Shown: positions 17,605 to 27,844 of the stretch, piece by piece
Numbering within the stretch: the stretch's first letter is position 1
Layout: each line of letters starts with the position of its first letter
Assembly (NCBI GenBank): GCA_964360815.1
Contig: CAYHYA010000002.1
Coordinates: forward strand, 1,371 to 65,370
Source of the DNA: an uncultured Candidatus Saccharibacteria bacterium
Lineage (GTDB): Bacteria > Patescibacteriota > Minisyncoccia > Phycocordibacterales > JACOZG01
Length of the DNA stretch: 64,000 bases
Direction of reading: 5' to 3'
The notes under the pieces: generated by a model
The model's input: the letters and a program-made list of their open reading frames with translations, nothing else
Databases searched by the model: none
Told to the model about the DNA's origin: nothing
Program-made: the position numbers and the translations under genes

Positions 17605-19311
17605 CTACTTTTTCGATAATTCGACAATAAAACTACTCCCCTGCCCCGCACCGGCTGATTCAACCCAAATCCGACCATGGTGGGCCTCAACGATCTGTTT
17701 GGCCACATAGAGTCCGAGGCCGGTGCCGGTGATGTTGATCTTACCGGCGTCGTCAGCCCGAATAAATTTTTGAAAAAGTTTCGGAATCACTTCGGCTGGA
17801 ATCCCCACGCCATTATCGCTAACGCTTAAATGAATCTTCTGGTCAACCAAGTTCAAAGCAATCTTTATTTGACCCCTAGCTCCGCTCGTTGTTTGGGCCG
17901 GGGTATACTTGATCGCGTTATCAATTAAATTACCGACCACTTGTGATAACTTACCCGAGTCGCCAGTCAGTTTATAATCAACCGCTTGATCTATTTCCAA
18001 CAGGAATTGCAAGCCAGCTTTTTCCACGTTCACCCGCAATTCCCGGCCAACGCTCTCGACTAAATCTTTAAAATTAAATTCGCTCTGGTCATATTTCATG
18101 GTCCCGAGTTCAATCCGGGTAATGTTTAGGAAATCCTCAATCACCCGGACCAGTTTTTGGCTGGACTGGAAAATGATATCAACCGCCCCCCGGACGCGGT
18201 CGTCAATTTGACCGAAAGAATTTTCCAAAACCATCGAGGCATAACCCTTGATCGCCGTCAGTGGACTCCGCAGTTGATGGGTGGCCATAGAGACGAATTC
18301 GGTTTTCATTCGATCCAACTCCTTTAATTTCTCATTGGCCGTCCAGAGTTTGTCATTTGACTTGCCAAGCTCTTGCAACAACCCCTCAATTCGTTCACGT
18401 TGATTAACCTCTTTTTTTACACTCCTGATTAAGATGAGACCAAAAAGTACGGCAATGGTTTCCGTTGCGGCAACAACGATTTTTGTTAGATTGGATTGGA
18501 CAACAAAAATTAACGATCCGATCATTATCCACAACACAATTACCAACGCTTGCGCTCCAAGTACCCGAATGTTGAAGGTTTTATAGCGTACGATCATATA
18601 GCTCAAAAACCCAAGAAATGACAGCAGACCCAACGAGCCAATGAAACTAATTTCTTGTATTTCAAAAATCTCTCCAAAGACGTTAGACAAAGCAAAAAGA
18701 ACAAGGAACGACACTACCCCGATACCAGCATGAAGAATGCGTGCCAGATATTCATCATTTTGAGCCATGTTATTATAACGCTTTAAACATAGTCCAATAA
18801 TCCAAGCTATTGTGATGAACTCAAAAATATACATCAAGTCCCACATAGGACCCAAAACCCCCTCACAGGTTGTTATGTTGTAGGAAACAACATTGTACTT
18901 CGTGGGTAAAAAAATAAAAACCATTCCCATTATAAAAAAAGATACTATTTTTAATTTCTTATTCATAGGTTGAACACCCTCTTTTCTTGTGAAAATCTCT
19001 ATGAAATAAATCGCCAAAAGAAACACCGGCACTTCTAGTGCCGGTGTTATTTGCCAACCAAACATTATGGCGTCGTTGTATGCAGCTACCCACAAAATAA
19101 ATATGTCCAAAACCCAAAGGGAAAAAAACAATGTTATATAAAATAATGTTCTACTAATTACTGACCCCCTGTCTTTTATGAGAACAAAAATACCAAGAAA
19201 TAAAGAAATTATTATTGTTGGTACGTAAGTATAAAATAATAATCTTGGAGCGATTGATAAATCGAAAAAATTTAAAAAGCTCGGTAATGAGTCCGGGCAC
19301 AATATTTCCAT
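17605..19311 (-). CDS. Sensor histidine kinase with large N-terminal multi-TM sensor domain
   Basis: About 300-aa AT-rich N-terminal region with about 7-8 TM helices. HisKA H-box SMATHQLRSPLTAIKGY. HATPase_c N, G1 (DNGVGIP) and G2 (GTGLGLYVAKQIVEAHHGRIWVES) boxes. Confidence 0.85.
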   Translation of the reverse strand: MEILCPDSLPSFLNFFDLSIAPRLLFYTYVPTIIISLFLGIFVLIKDRGSVISRTLFYITLFFSLWVLDIFILWVAAYNDAIMFGWQITPALEVPVFLLAIYFIEIFTRKEGVQPMNKKLKIVSFFIMGMVFIFLPTKYNVVSYNITTCEGVLGPMWDLMYIFEFITIAWIIGLCLKRYNNMAQNDEYLARILHAGIGVVSFLVLFALSNVFGEIFEIQEISFIGSLGLLSFLGFLSYMIVRYKTFNIRVLGAQALVIVLWIMIGSLIFVVQSNLTKIVVAATETIAVLFGLILIRSVKKEVNQRERIEGLLQELGKSNDKLWTANEKLKELDRMKTEFVSMATHQLRSPLTAIKGYASMVLENSFGQIDDRVRGAVDIIFQSSQKLVRVIEDFLNITRIELGTMKYDQSEFNFKDLVESVGRELRVNVEKAGLQFLLEIDQAVDYKLTGDSGKLSQVVGNLIDNAIKYTPAQTTSGARGQIKIALNLVDQKIHLSVSDNGVGIPAEVIPKLFQKFIRADDAGKINITGTGLGLYVAKQIVEAHHGRIWVESAGAGQGSSFIVELSKK

Positions 19312-19326
19312 AGGAGTTATTATAGC

Positions 19327-20658
19327 CTATCTTAAAAATGGCCACCACGTAGATACGTAACCAAGTTTTTTGAGTTTACGCAAATTGTTTTTAATAAAAT
19401 TTAAGCCAATATCGTTGCGGTAGAACATCTTGGGTATGTAGATGAATTTTAAAGTATTTTCTATTTTCCGTCGTGCAGATTTGACACTCAATTCGACCGC
19501 AGTCACATACAGAACGTATCCCTGATCATCAGAGACATAATATTGTTTTTTTTTGTTATCGTTTTTAAGGGCTATCCCCTCAAAATAAACATGTTTAAAA
19601 TTTTTTCTTTCCAAAGATTTATTGAAATAAATGTTTACACCACGAGAGGAAAGATCTTTAAGTTTTTTAGCATAGGGAAACGGGGGAACTGTAACTAGAA
19701 CCACTATTCCGTAACCTCTTTTGTATTTTAACTTGAAATCTTGACCCATGGCGATTGCTTTTAAAAATTTTCCCCAAGAGGATTTATGAAGTTCCATTTG
19801 CAAATAAATAATTGGTGAACCAAAGCGAGGTGTTGCCTCAAGGGGGTAAGCACCAGTATCATTGACAATGCAATTGATTTCTATATCTCCTCGATAATTT
19901 ATTTTTTTAAGGTGTGGTTTTAATCTAGCAAGTGTTTCTCTGAATAACTTATTGTTCTCATTGTTTGAGTACCAAGCCAAAGTCCCCATTTCGCTAGTTG
20001 TTGGCCCAAGATCACCTGGAAAAAATTTCTTATGTTCTATGTTTAATTCTATAGGTCCTACCCAATCGTGACCATTAAAAAACCTGCCCACACCAATTTC
20101 GACACCCTCAATTCTCTGCTGAAGTGTTATTGTTCTAGTCTGCCATTTTGGTTTTAGGGAATAATTTTCTAGTAAATTTATAACATCGCGACTATCATCA
20201 AATCTGGCTACGTAATTTAAACTTTTCGAGGCCATGCCGTTTTGTTTTATTACCCAAGCACCGCTATTTTGTTTTATAAAGTATATGGCATCAGGAATAC
20301 TCTTGAAATCTTTTATTGGCACGGTCTTAATGCCACACTCAGCGAAAACTTCTTGTGCGTACTGTCTGTTAGATTCTAATTTATCTCCTTTAACACAGCC
20401 GCCAAAAACACAGAAACCATCTTTTCTTAATTCGTCTTGTTCTAAACCATACCCAACATCATCAAAAACAATAAGACCCTCTTTACCAACCCAGTCAATA
20501 TCTTTTTTCCAATCCGTCGTCTTTTCTACTAATCCATCGAAGTTTTCTTTTCGATCATCATCATCTATGAATAACCTGACCTCGTTGCCCTCGATTTTGA
20601 GTTGATAGGCCATATGTGTGGCAATCATATTATTGGAAGAGACAAAAAGAATTTTCAT
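19327..20658 (-). CDS. ATP-grasp enzyme, PurD (GAR synthetase)-like fold, function unknown
   Basis: EVFAECGIKTVP...AWVIKQNGMASKS resembles the PurD A/B-domain boundary (GIPTA...VIKADGLAAGKG) but lacks the G-rich N-loop. Very low GC. Confidence 0.45.
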   Translation of the reverse strand: MKILFVSSNNMIATHMAYQLKIEGNEVRLFIDDDDRKENFDGLVEKTTDWKKDIDWVGKEGLIVFDDVGYGLEQDELRKDGFCVFGGCVKGDKLESNRQYAQEVFAECGIKTVPIKDFKSIPDAIYFIKQNSGAWVIKQNGMASKSLNYVARFDDSRDVINLLENYSLKPKWQTRTITLQQRIEGVEIGVGRFFNGHDWVGPIELNIEHKKFFPGDLGPTTSEMGTLAWYSNNENNKLFRETLARLKPHLKKINYRGDIEINCIVNDTGAYPLEATPRFGSPIIYLQMELHKSSWGKFLKAIAMGQDFKLKYKRGYGIVVLVTVPPFPYAKKLKDLSSRGVNIYFNKSLERKNFKHVYFEGIALKNDNKKKQYYVSDDQGYVLYVTAVELSVKSARRKIENTLKFIYIPKMFYRNDIGLNFIKNNLRKLKKLGYVSTWWPFLR

Positions 20659-20805
20659 GATATAATCAAGTCGTGGACAAAAAATTAATTGTTGTCGAAA
20701 CCCTGTTGGTTATTCTGGCAGTTTTATCATTGTCCATAACTTTTTACAAAACAGTTATTCTGAGGGATTATCAGATTCTTGAAATACCGGAGTGATCATG
20801 ATTGA

Positions 20806-21213
20806 TTAATTGGTATCATTGTATTTTGTGCCTCTCTCAATGAAACACATCTCAATTTCTTTGGCTGAAAAATAATTTTGAATAAAATCTTTTAAATTTG
20901 TGGACGAGAAGTAGCGACAAGAATAAATATCGATTGAAATAAAATTCTTCAGACTTATTGTGTGTATCTGGACACCACTCTCTATGAGCGGTATCCAGCC
21001 GCTTAATCCTGCCTTATCCGGATATATGCTGGCGTCACTTTTAAATATGAATGGGGGGGATTGTTTTTTCATTTTTAACTCAATTACCATATCCTCAAGA
21101 AATTTATAGTTTAAATTTAAATCATCACAAACCCCACTCCTACAAGCATATAGATCAACGGCCAAAAGATAACCAAAAGGTTTTATTTCCGATTCTTTAG
21201 GAGTTTGTTCCAT
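20806..21213 (-). CDS. Pyruvoyl-dependent decarboxylase, class I S-adenosylmethionine decarboxylase (SpeH)-like
   Basis: GYLLAVDLYAC (compare GRHLVAEFYEC) and LSGWIPLIESGVQIHT (compare VSGVVVISESHLTIHTWPE) align to SpeH including the E-S self-cleavage site; 135 aa. Confidence 0.55.
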   Translation of the reverse strand: MEQTPKESEIKPFGYLLAVDLYACRSGVCDDLNLNYKFLEDMVIELKMKKQSPPFIFKSDASIYPDKAGLSGWIPLIESGVQIHTISLKNFISIDIYSCRYFSSTNLKDFIQNYFSAKEIEMCFIERGTKYNDTN

Positions 21214-21252
21214 GATGTTTTAAATATAGCACAAGTATTTAAATAAATCAAT

Positions 21253-22161
21253 TTATCCCAACCAGTAACCACCCAGGACGACCAGGCCGATACCGACTAG
21301 TTTCTGAGTGATTATTTTGGGAGTGATAATTTCCTGACTGATCCGTGGGAAAAAGAGTGTTAGGCCCAATCCGATGATAAAAACAAAAAATGGTTGAAGG
21401 GAATTAGCCAAGAGAACCAAGGCTAGCGGGGCTAACAAACTGGCATATTGTATGATTCCGTCAGCGACAATAGTGATAGTTTCATTTAAAGAATTTAGGC
21501 CGAGGATTTTTGGACCGGAATTTTTTAGAACGTCAAAAAATTGTCGACGATAGTTAGTGATAAAAAGCAGAAATAATCCACCCAAAATTAGCTTACCAAT
21601 CAAAGACCAGAAAACCGACACCCAAAAACCTTCTGTTTGGGCAACTAATTTAAAAACAACACCACTTACAGCATAACCCAGAGAAGCTAGAAGCATCAAC
21701 CAAACTACCTCTTTTTTAAAACGTGGTCGAGGACCAACCAAATCGAAAGATAAAATCAAGGCCCCACACAAAATGATTAGTGAGGCATAAATTTGATGCT
21801 TGGTTAATTGTTCATTCAGCAAGAAATAACCTAGGATATAACCGAAAATCGGGACGGTCTGATAAAACGGGACGACAAAGGTCGCTTCATCTTTTTGGAT
21901 GGAGTAAAAATAACAAAGTAGACTCATGACGACGATCGCGCCACTGAAGGAAAGCAACAATCCCTGACCCAGGGAAACAGACAACAGTGTTGGCTGGATA
22001 AGCCAAACCACCGGCAAGGCCACAACGGCAAAAACTGAAGAAAAAATAATCAGCGATCCGGCCTGATTATCGTGTAGGTGTTTAGAGATTAGATATTTGT
22101 CGATGTGGTTGGTCGTGGCATACAAGAGTGGGCTTAAAAAAACGACGAACAATTTGATCAT
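21253..22161 (-). CDS. EamA/DMT-superfamily transporter (10 TM)
   Basis: 302 aa, two tandem 5-TM halves with typical EamA hydropathy. Confidence 0.6.
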   Translation of the reverse strand: MIKLFVVFLSPLLYATTNHIDKYLISKHLHDNQAGSLIIFSSVFAVVALPVVWLIQPTLLSVSLGQGLLLSFSGAIVVMSLLCYFYSIQKDEATFVVPFYQTVPIFGYILGYFLLNEQLTKHQIYASLIILCGALILSFDLVGPRPRFKKEVVWLMLLASLGYAVSGVVFKLVAQTEGFWVSVFWSLIGKLILGGLFLLFITNYRRQFFDVLKNSGPKILGLNSLNETITIVADGIIQYASLLAPLALVLLANSLQPFFVFIIGLGLTLFFPRISQEIITPKIITQKLVGIGLVVLGGYWLG

Positions 22162-22167
22162 TTTAAA

Positions 22168-23241
22168 TTATAGTCCCTCTCCCCCTAATTCCTCAACGAG
22201 TTTGCGGGCTTTTTTGGATAATTTGTCCGGGGTTTTGACTTTGATGTGCACGTAGAGATCCCCGCGGCGATTGGTGCCGATCGGCACACCACGACCCTTT
22301 ACTCGCAAAATTTCCCCACTGGAAATACCGGCCGGGATCTTAATTTTAAGTTGTCCATCGAGCGTCTTCAGGTCATATTCCGTGCCCAAAATCGCTTCGG
22401 TTAGCTTGACCGCCAAATCGGTAACTAAATTATCACCCTCGCGCCGAAAAATCGGGTGTTTTTCAACGTGGACTTTAATGTAAAGATCGCCGGGCGTGCC
22501 CCGAGGCGCGGCTTCGCCGCGCCCGGACAGCCGGATCATTTCACCATCATTGATGCCGGTCGGAATCGAAACCTTGATCTCCTCATTTCGTCGGGCCACT
22601 CCTTGACCATGACATTCGGGGCAACGTTTGTCTGGCACCTCGCCCGTTCCGTTACAATTTTCGCAATCACGAACCGTGGCGAAAGAACCGAGTAGCGAAC
22701 GGCGATTTTCGTGGATCTTACCTTGACCGTTACAATTTGTGCACTTAACTTTACTTGAACCGACGGCCGCTCCCGAACCACTACATTGAGTACAGACGCC
22801 GATTTTGGTGATCAAAATCGTTCGTTCGTTGCCGAAAATCGCCTCGACAAAAGGAATTTGAATATCCACCGAAATATCCCGTCCACGCCGACGCCCTGGT
22901 TGACGACGGTTGCCACCGAAAAATTCGCCAAATAGATCGCCCAAATCAAACTGGAAACCTTGACCATTATTTTCCCCGCCAAAATCAAAATTCCAAGCCC
23001 CATTGGCCCCGCCACCCATACCGGCACCAGTCGCGCCGGCTTCTCCGTAAGTATCGTAAGCTTGGCGTTTTCGCTGATCAGACAAAATCTGATATGCTTC
23101 GTTAACTTCTTTAAATTTAGCTTCATCCCCGCCTTTTTTGTCGGGGTGATATTTATGGGCCAACCGATGAAAGGCCTTCTTTATGTCTTCGGTACTGGCT
23201 TCTCGTCCCAGTCCTAAAACCTGATAATAGTCTCGGGCCAT
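22168..23241 (-). CDS. dnaJ: Chaperone DnaJ
   Basis: J-domain with HPD (KYHPDKK), G/F-rich linker, four CxxCxGxG zinc-finger repeats. Confidence 0.92.
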   Translation of the reverse strand: MARDYYQVLGLGREASTEDIKKAFHRLAHKYHPDKKGGDEAKFKEVNEAYQILSDQRKRQAYDTYGEAGATGAGMGGGANGAWNFDFGGENNGQGFQFDLGDLFGEFFGGNRRQPGRRRGRDISVDIQIPFVEAIFGNERTILITKIGVCTQCSGSGAAVGSSKVKCTNCNGQGKIHENRRSLLGSFATVRDCENCNGTGEVPDKRCPECHGQGVARRNEEIKVSIPTGINDGEMIRLSGRGEAAPRGTPGDLYIKVHVEKHPIFRREGDNLVTDLAVKLTEAILGTEYDLKTLDGQLKIKIPAGISSGEILRVKGRGVPIGTNRRGDLYVHIKVKTPDKLSKKARKLVEELGGEGL

Positions 23242-23243
23242 AA

Positions 23244-25100
23244 TTATTTGGTTTCCGCGTCGCGAACGTTTTCGCCGCCCGGACCGGCGGTGTTCCGCAG
23301 GGCTTCGCCAATTTTCATCATTACTGACGACAGTTCTTCGCTGGCCCGCTTAATTTCTTCGCTGGTACCACTGTCGCGCAATTTTTTCAGGTTGGCGATT
23401 TTTTCTTCAACTTCCTTTTTTAAGTCAGCAGAAATTTTATCCCCGGCATCTTTAATCGCTTTTTCGGCGGTGTAGGTTAGTTGATCAGCCGAGTTTCTGG
23501 TTTCAATTTCATCTTTCTTTTTTTTGTCTTCTTCGGCGTGGAGCTCGGCTTCTTTTTTCATACGCTCGATATCTTCGGCGGTTAAGCTAGAGCGAGCTTC
23601 AATCCTAATTGATTGTTCTCGTCCGGTCGTTTTATCTTTAGCTTTGACGCTTAAAATTCCGTTGGCGTCAACGTCAAAAGACACTTCCACCTGCGGTAAG
23701 CCGCGTGGTGACGGCGGTAAACCGTCCAAAATGAACCGGCCGAGACTTTTGTTGTCGGCGGCCAAAGGTCGCTCACCCTGAATGACGTGGATCTCAACGG
23801 AAGTTTGGTTGTCCGCCGCGGTTGAAAAAATTTGTGATTTCGAGGCCGGGATGGTGACATTGCGTTCAATAATTTTGGTACTAACACCGCCCATTGTTTC
23901 GATTCCGAGCGAGAGCGGAATCACATCAAGAAGCAGAACATCTTTAACATCACCCTGAAAGATGCCGGCCTGAATCGCCGCTCCGATCGCCACCACTTCA
24001 TCAGGATTAATCGAACGGTTTGGTTCCTTGCCGAAGAATTTCCTGACCGCCCCAATGATTGCCGGCATGCGCGTTTGTCCGCCGACCAAAATTAGTTCAT
24101 CAATTTCGGAAATTTTATAGCCCGAAGCGTCCAGAGCCCGACGAGTGATCTCGATTGATCGTTCGATAAACTCCCTAGCTAGTTCTTCCAGTTTGGCGCG
24201 GGTCAGTTTAAGCAGAAGATGTTTCGGGCCATTCTGATCAGAAGTGACAAACGGGATGTTGATCTCGGTTTCTAAAGTTTCTGATAGTTCGTGTTTGGCT
24301 TTTTCGGCAGCTTCCTTCAGACGTTGCAGGGCGAGAGAGTCTTTAGTGATATCAATGCCGGAATCCTTTTTAAATTCATCAGCCACCCAGCGAATAATTT
24401 TTTGGTCAATATCGTCACCGCCCATGTGCGAGTCACCGTCGGTTGATTTAACTTGAATACTTTGTTCTCCTTCTTCCCCGGTAATATCGAGAACCGAGAT
24501 ATCGAAGGTGCCACCACCAAAATCGTAAACCACAATCTTCTCGTCTTTCTTTTTGTTAAAACCATAGGCCAAGGCGGCCGCCGTAGGTTCATTGATAATC
24601 CGTTTAACTTTGAAACCGGCGATCTCGCCGGCGTCGCGCGTCGCCTTGCGTTGTGAATCGTCGAAATAGGCCGGAACGGTGATTACCGCTTCCTCGATTT
24701 TTTCACCCAGCTTTGCTTCGGCGTCACGCTTCAATTTCTGAAGAATCATCGCCGAAATTTCTTCCGGGCGGTTATACTTTTCTCCCAGTTTGACCTTAAC
24801 TCCCCCATCGCTCGATTGCTCAATCGTAAAGGGCACAATCTCGCGATCGCGTTTAACGTGGGGATCATCAAAACGATGACCCATTAAGCGTTTGATCCCA
24901 AAAATCGTGTTGGCCGGATTAGTCACCGCCTGTCGTTTGGCCAACAAACCAACCAATCTTTCGCCAGATTTGGAAAAAGAAACAATTGACGGGGTTGTTC
25001 GCGCGCCCTCACTGTTTTCGATAATTTTCGGTGCGCCACCCTCGATATAGGCCATGGCTGAATAGGTGGTGCCGAGATCAATACCAAGAATTTTTGCCAT
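23244..25100 (-). CDS. dnaK: Chaperone DnaK (Hsp70)
   Basis: [22 protein letters not shown], canonical Hsp70 throughout; 618 aa. Confidence 0.95.
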   Translation of the reverse strand: MAKILGIDLGTTYSAMAYIEGGAPKIIENSEGARTTPSIVSFSKSGERLVGLLAKRQAVTNPANTIFGIKRLMGHRFDDPHVKRDREIVPFTIEQSSDGGVKVKLGEKYNRPEEISAMILQKLKRDAEAKLGEKIEEAVITVPAYFDDSQRKATRDAGEIAGFKVKRIINEPTAAALAYGFNKKKDEKIVVYDFGGGTFDISVLDITGEEGEQSIQVKSTDGDSHMGGDDIDQKIIRWVADEFKKDSGIDITKDSLALQRLKEAAEKAKHELSETLETEINIPFVTSDQNGPKHLLLKLTRAKLEELAREFIERSIEITRRALDASGYKISEIDELILVGGQTRMPAIIGAVRKFFGKEPNRSINPDEVVAIGAAIQAGIFQGDVKDVLLLDVIPLSLGIETMGGVSTKIIERNVTIPASKSQIFSTAADNQTSVEIHVIQGERPLAADNKSLGRFILDGLPPSPRGLPQVEVSFDVDANGILSVKAKDKTTGREQSIRIEARSSLTAEDIERMKKEAELHAEEDKKKKDEIETRNSADQLTYTAEKAIKDAGDKISADLKKEVEEKIANLKKLRDSGTSEEIKRASEELSSVMMKIGEALRNTAGPGGENVRDAETK

Positions 25101-25130
25101 AGTAAAAATTTTTAACTTATTATTAAAAAA

Positions 25131-25682
25131 TTAGATCGTGCCAACTCTCACTTGGGCAGGTCGAATTACTCGTCCATGCAAGCAATAACCCTTTTGCACC
25201 ACTTCCAGCACCCGATTGACCGATTTTTCGTCAGTTGTTTTAACCAACTCTAAGGCGTGATGCTTTAAAGGATCAAAATTTTCTCCGGCTGAGCTGATTT
25301 CCGTCAATCCATACTGCTTTAAGATTCCGGAGAGTTTAGCATAAATGTATTCTATGCCCGTTCGCCAGTTTTTGTCAACCGCTTCCCAGGCCGAACGATT
25401 AGCGAACGCTAACTCAAAACTGTCGGCCAAGCCAATCAATTCGTTCAGGAGTGGCTCATTGGCAAATTTGACCGCCGCCGCCTGATTCGACTCATTTTCT
25501 CTTTTCAAATTTAGGTAGTCGGCTTTCAGGCGTTGCGACATGGCCAAATATTCTTGTTTTTCCGTTTGGCACTGCTTCAATTCTGCCCGCAATTGTTTTA
25601 TTTTGGGCAAAAAGTTTTCGGGTAAATCGTCCTCGGGAACAATTTCTTCCTCGTCGTTGATTGGTTCTCCTGTTGTCTCCAT
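25131..25682 (-). CDS. grpE: Nucleotide exchange factor GrpE
   Basis: Coiled-coil N-terminus and C-terminal beta-domain GYCLHGRVIRPAQVRV typical of GrpE; operon with dnaK and dnaJ. Confidence 0.85.
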   Translation of the reverse strand: METTGEPINDEEEIVPEDDLPENFLPKIKQLRAELKQCQTEKQEYLAMSQRLKADYLNLKRENESNQAAAVKFANEPLLNELIGLADSFELAFANRSAWEAVDKNWRTGIEYIYAKLSGILKQYGLTEISSAGENFDPLKHHALELVKTTDEKSVNRVLEVVQKGYCLHGRVIRPAQVRVGTI

Positions 25683-25686
25683 TCGT

Positions 25687-26106
25687 TTAACGTTTACTCC
25701 ACTGTGGTGCCTTGCGTGCTTTTTTTAGGCCGAATTTGCGCCGCTCCTTCATCCTGGAATCACGACGCAAGAGTAGTAATTTTTTAAGCCCCGAACGGAG
25801 TCCGCCATCTTGAAGACAGAGCGCTCGAGCCAGACCGTGCGAAACGGCTCCCGCTTGAGAAGACAGGCCACTACCGATCACTTTTATCTTAATCTCCACC
25901 GGCGTGGCTTCGGGACGAGCCGCGAGTGGCGCCAGTGCCACCTGTTTTAATTCGAGGGTAGGAAAATATATTTCGAGTGGACGACCATTGATCACCACTG
26001 AATTTTTGGTGGCAGAAAATAAACGCACTCGAGCAATCGCCGTTTTTCGTCGGCCAACCGCTTCAATATACCGCTCCTCGGAAAGTTTTTTGCTTTTTTT
26101 AATCAT
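25687..26106 (-). CDS. rpsI: 30S ribosomal protein S9
   Basis: GRRKTAIARVRL...GGLRSGLKKLLLLRRDSRMKERRKFGLKKARKAPQWSKR is the uS9 C-terminal signature. Confidence 0.92.
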   Translation of the reverse strand: MIKKSKKLSEERYIEAVGRRKTAIARVRLFSATKNSVVINGRPLEIYFPTLELKQVALAPLAARPEATPVEIKIKVIGSGLSSQAGAVSHGLARALCLQDGGLRSGLKKLLLLRRDSRMKERRKFGLKKARKAPQWSKR

Positions 26107-26453
26107 TCTTCAACCGTTAAATTTTTAAGCATCTGATCGCGCAGTTTGTTGTTCGGCAGCATCCCCTTAATGGTCGAACGAAACACGCCGTCATAGCCAC
26201 CCTTCTTGAGTCGTTGATCAAGGGTGACAAATTTCAAACCACCCGGGTAACCGCTGTAACGAGCCGTCCGATCAGTTAGTCTTTTCTTGGCCGACCACCG
26301 CACGCGCGCGGCATTGATGATTTTAACCCTGATCGTCGGCAACTGGTTCCGCTCGAAAGTCGGACTGGTTTTACCACGCAAATTAGCGGCGGCTTGACTC
26401 GCCACCCGACCGAAGAATTTTTCCGTTGCGTCAATAATTACGGGCATGATCAA
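26103..26453 (-). CDS. rplM: 50S ribosomal protein L13 (short form)
   Basis: GRVASQAAANLRGK...YSGYPGGLK core uL13 motifs; 116 aa. Confidence 0.85.
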   Translation of the reverse strand: MIMPVIIDATEKFFGRVASQAAANLRGKTSPTFERNQLPTIRVKIINAARVRWSAKKRLTDRTARYSGYPGGLKFVTLDQRLKKGGYDGVFRSTIKGMLPNNKLRDQMLKNLTVEE

Positions 26454-26804
26454 TTAAACAAATTCAATAATCGCCAACCGACTACCATCACTTAAGCGCG
26501 GTGGTAACTTGCTAATCCGCGTGTATCCACCCGGGCGATTAGCATAGCGCGGCGCAATCTCGCGAGTAAGTTTCTGCACGGCGCTGGTTCTCCCCAAACG
26601 AGCGATCAACAATCGCTGACTCGCGAGATCACCGCGCCGAGCGCGGGTAACCAGCTTTTCCACAAACGGCCGCAGGGACTTGGCGCGGGCTTCGGTGGTC
26701 TTAATCTTCCCCCGCCCAATCATGGCCACGGCTAAAGACCTTATCAGGGCACGCCGCGCGCCGGCTTCTCGACCAAATTTTCTATTTTGATTGTGGTGTC
26801 TCAC
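26454..26804 (-). CDS. rplQ: 50S ribosomal protein L17
   Basis: MRHHNQNRKFGREAGARRALIRSLAVAM matches the bL17 N-terminus; follows rpoA. Confidence 0.9.
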   Translation of the reverse strand: MRHHNQNRKFGREAGARRALIRSLAVAMIGRGKIKTTEARAKSLRPFVEKLVTRARRGDLASQRLLIARLGRTSAVQKLTREIAPRYANRPGGYTRISKLPPRLSDGSRLAIIEFV

Positions 26805-27805
26805 GGTTTTAATTCTAAATTCTCACGCCGCAAAAGCTTTTTTATTTCTTCTATCGCTTTCTGTCCAAGTCCTTCGATTTCGAGCAGGTCGGCTTCGCGT
26901 TTTCTGGTTAGACCGCCAATTGTCCGGATCCCAGAGTTTGAAAGCGCGCGAATCACGCGTGGCGGAAGCTCCAGATCTTCAACACGAGTTTTCAATAAAT
27001 CGACGTCTTGAGGACGGCGCTCCGTTGATCTTTCGGCTGAATCAACGATCTCTTTGTCGTCAGACAGTCGTTTGGCCGAAACGGCTTCAATTTCACTGAC
27101 GATGGGCTCTTCTTCCTTGAAGCCGACGATGGCTCGCAACTGGCTGATCATAATTTCAATTGATTTTTCCAGGGCCTCGCGCGGATTCATACTACCGTCA
27201 GTTTCGATATTTAGTCGCAAACGATTATAGTCAGTCCGATCGCCAACTCGCATGTTTTCCACCTCGTAACTAACCCGACGAATCGGGGTGAACGAAACGT
27301 CCAAGATAATCGTACCAATCGCCGCCGGTCGAGTTAACTGTAAAACCTCTTTGGGAATGTAGCCAATCCCTTTTTCGATAGTCAGCTCGATTTCCAAAAC
27401 CGCCTCTTTGTCGGTGAGAGTGGCAACGATCTGGTCAGGATTAACCACCTCGATCTGGCCGCCCACCACAATATCACCGGCCGTGACCGTCTTCGCGCCT
27501 TTAACCTTAATTGTGGCGGTTTGAGTTTCATCACCGGCCTGCTTAAAACGCACCTTTTTTAAATTAAGAATGATGGAAATAACGTCTTCCTTAACCCCCG
27601 GAAGCGTTGAGAATTCGTGTGGCGCGCCGGTGACCTTAAGCGAGGTTACGGCGGTGCCAATAATCGAGGATAAAATAATTCTTCGCAAAGAATTGCCGAG
27701 GGTTTGTCCATAACCGGGATAGAGACCCTCGATTTCATAAGTGCCACGGTTGTTATCCTCGGCGACGATTCTCGGTTTAGACGGTAAAATAATGTTTAGT
27801 TCCAT
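26801..27805 (-). CDS. rpoA: DNA-directed RNA polymerase subunit alpha
   Basis: N-terminal dimerization domain and C-terminal alpha-CTD (RVIRALSNSGIRTIGGL); 334 aa; canonical operon position. Confidence 0.92.
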   Translation of the reverse strand: MELNIILPSKPRIVAEDNNRGTYEIEGLYPGYGQTLGNSLRRIILSSIIGTAVTSLKVTGAPHEFSTLPGVKEDVISIILNLKKVRFKQAGDETQTATIKVKGAKTVTAGDIVVGGQIEVVNPDQIVATLTDKEAVLEIELTIEKGIGYIPKEVLQLTRPAAIGTIILDVSFTPIRRVSYEVENMRVGDRTDYNRLRLNIETDGSMNPREALEKSIEIMISQLRAIVGFKEEEPIVSEIEAVSAKRLSDDKEIVDSAERSTERRPQDVDLLKTRVEDLELPPRVIRALSNSGIRTIGGLTRKREADLLEIEGLGQKAIEEIKKLLRRENLELKP

Positions 27806-27844
27806 GGTTTTATTTTTAAAAAATTATTAATTAATGCTCAAAAT

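Noticed and set aside
17133-17708. 191-aa ORF antisense to the PEP-CTERM gene
   Set aside because: Fully overlapped by a gene with clear signal peptide, PEP-CTERM tail, promoter and RBS; no RBS or motifs of its own.
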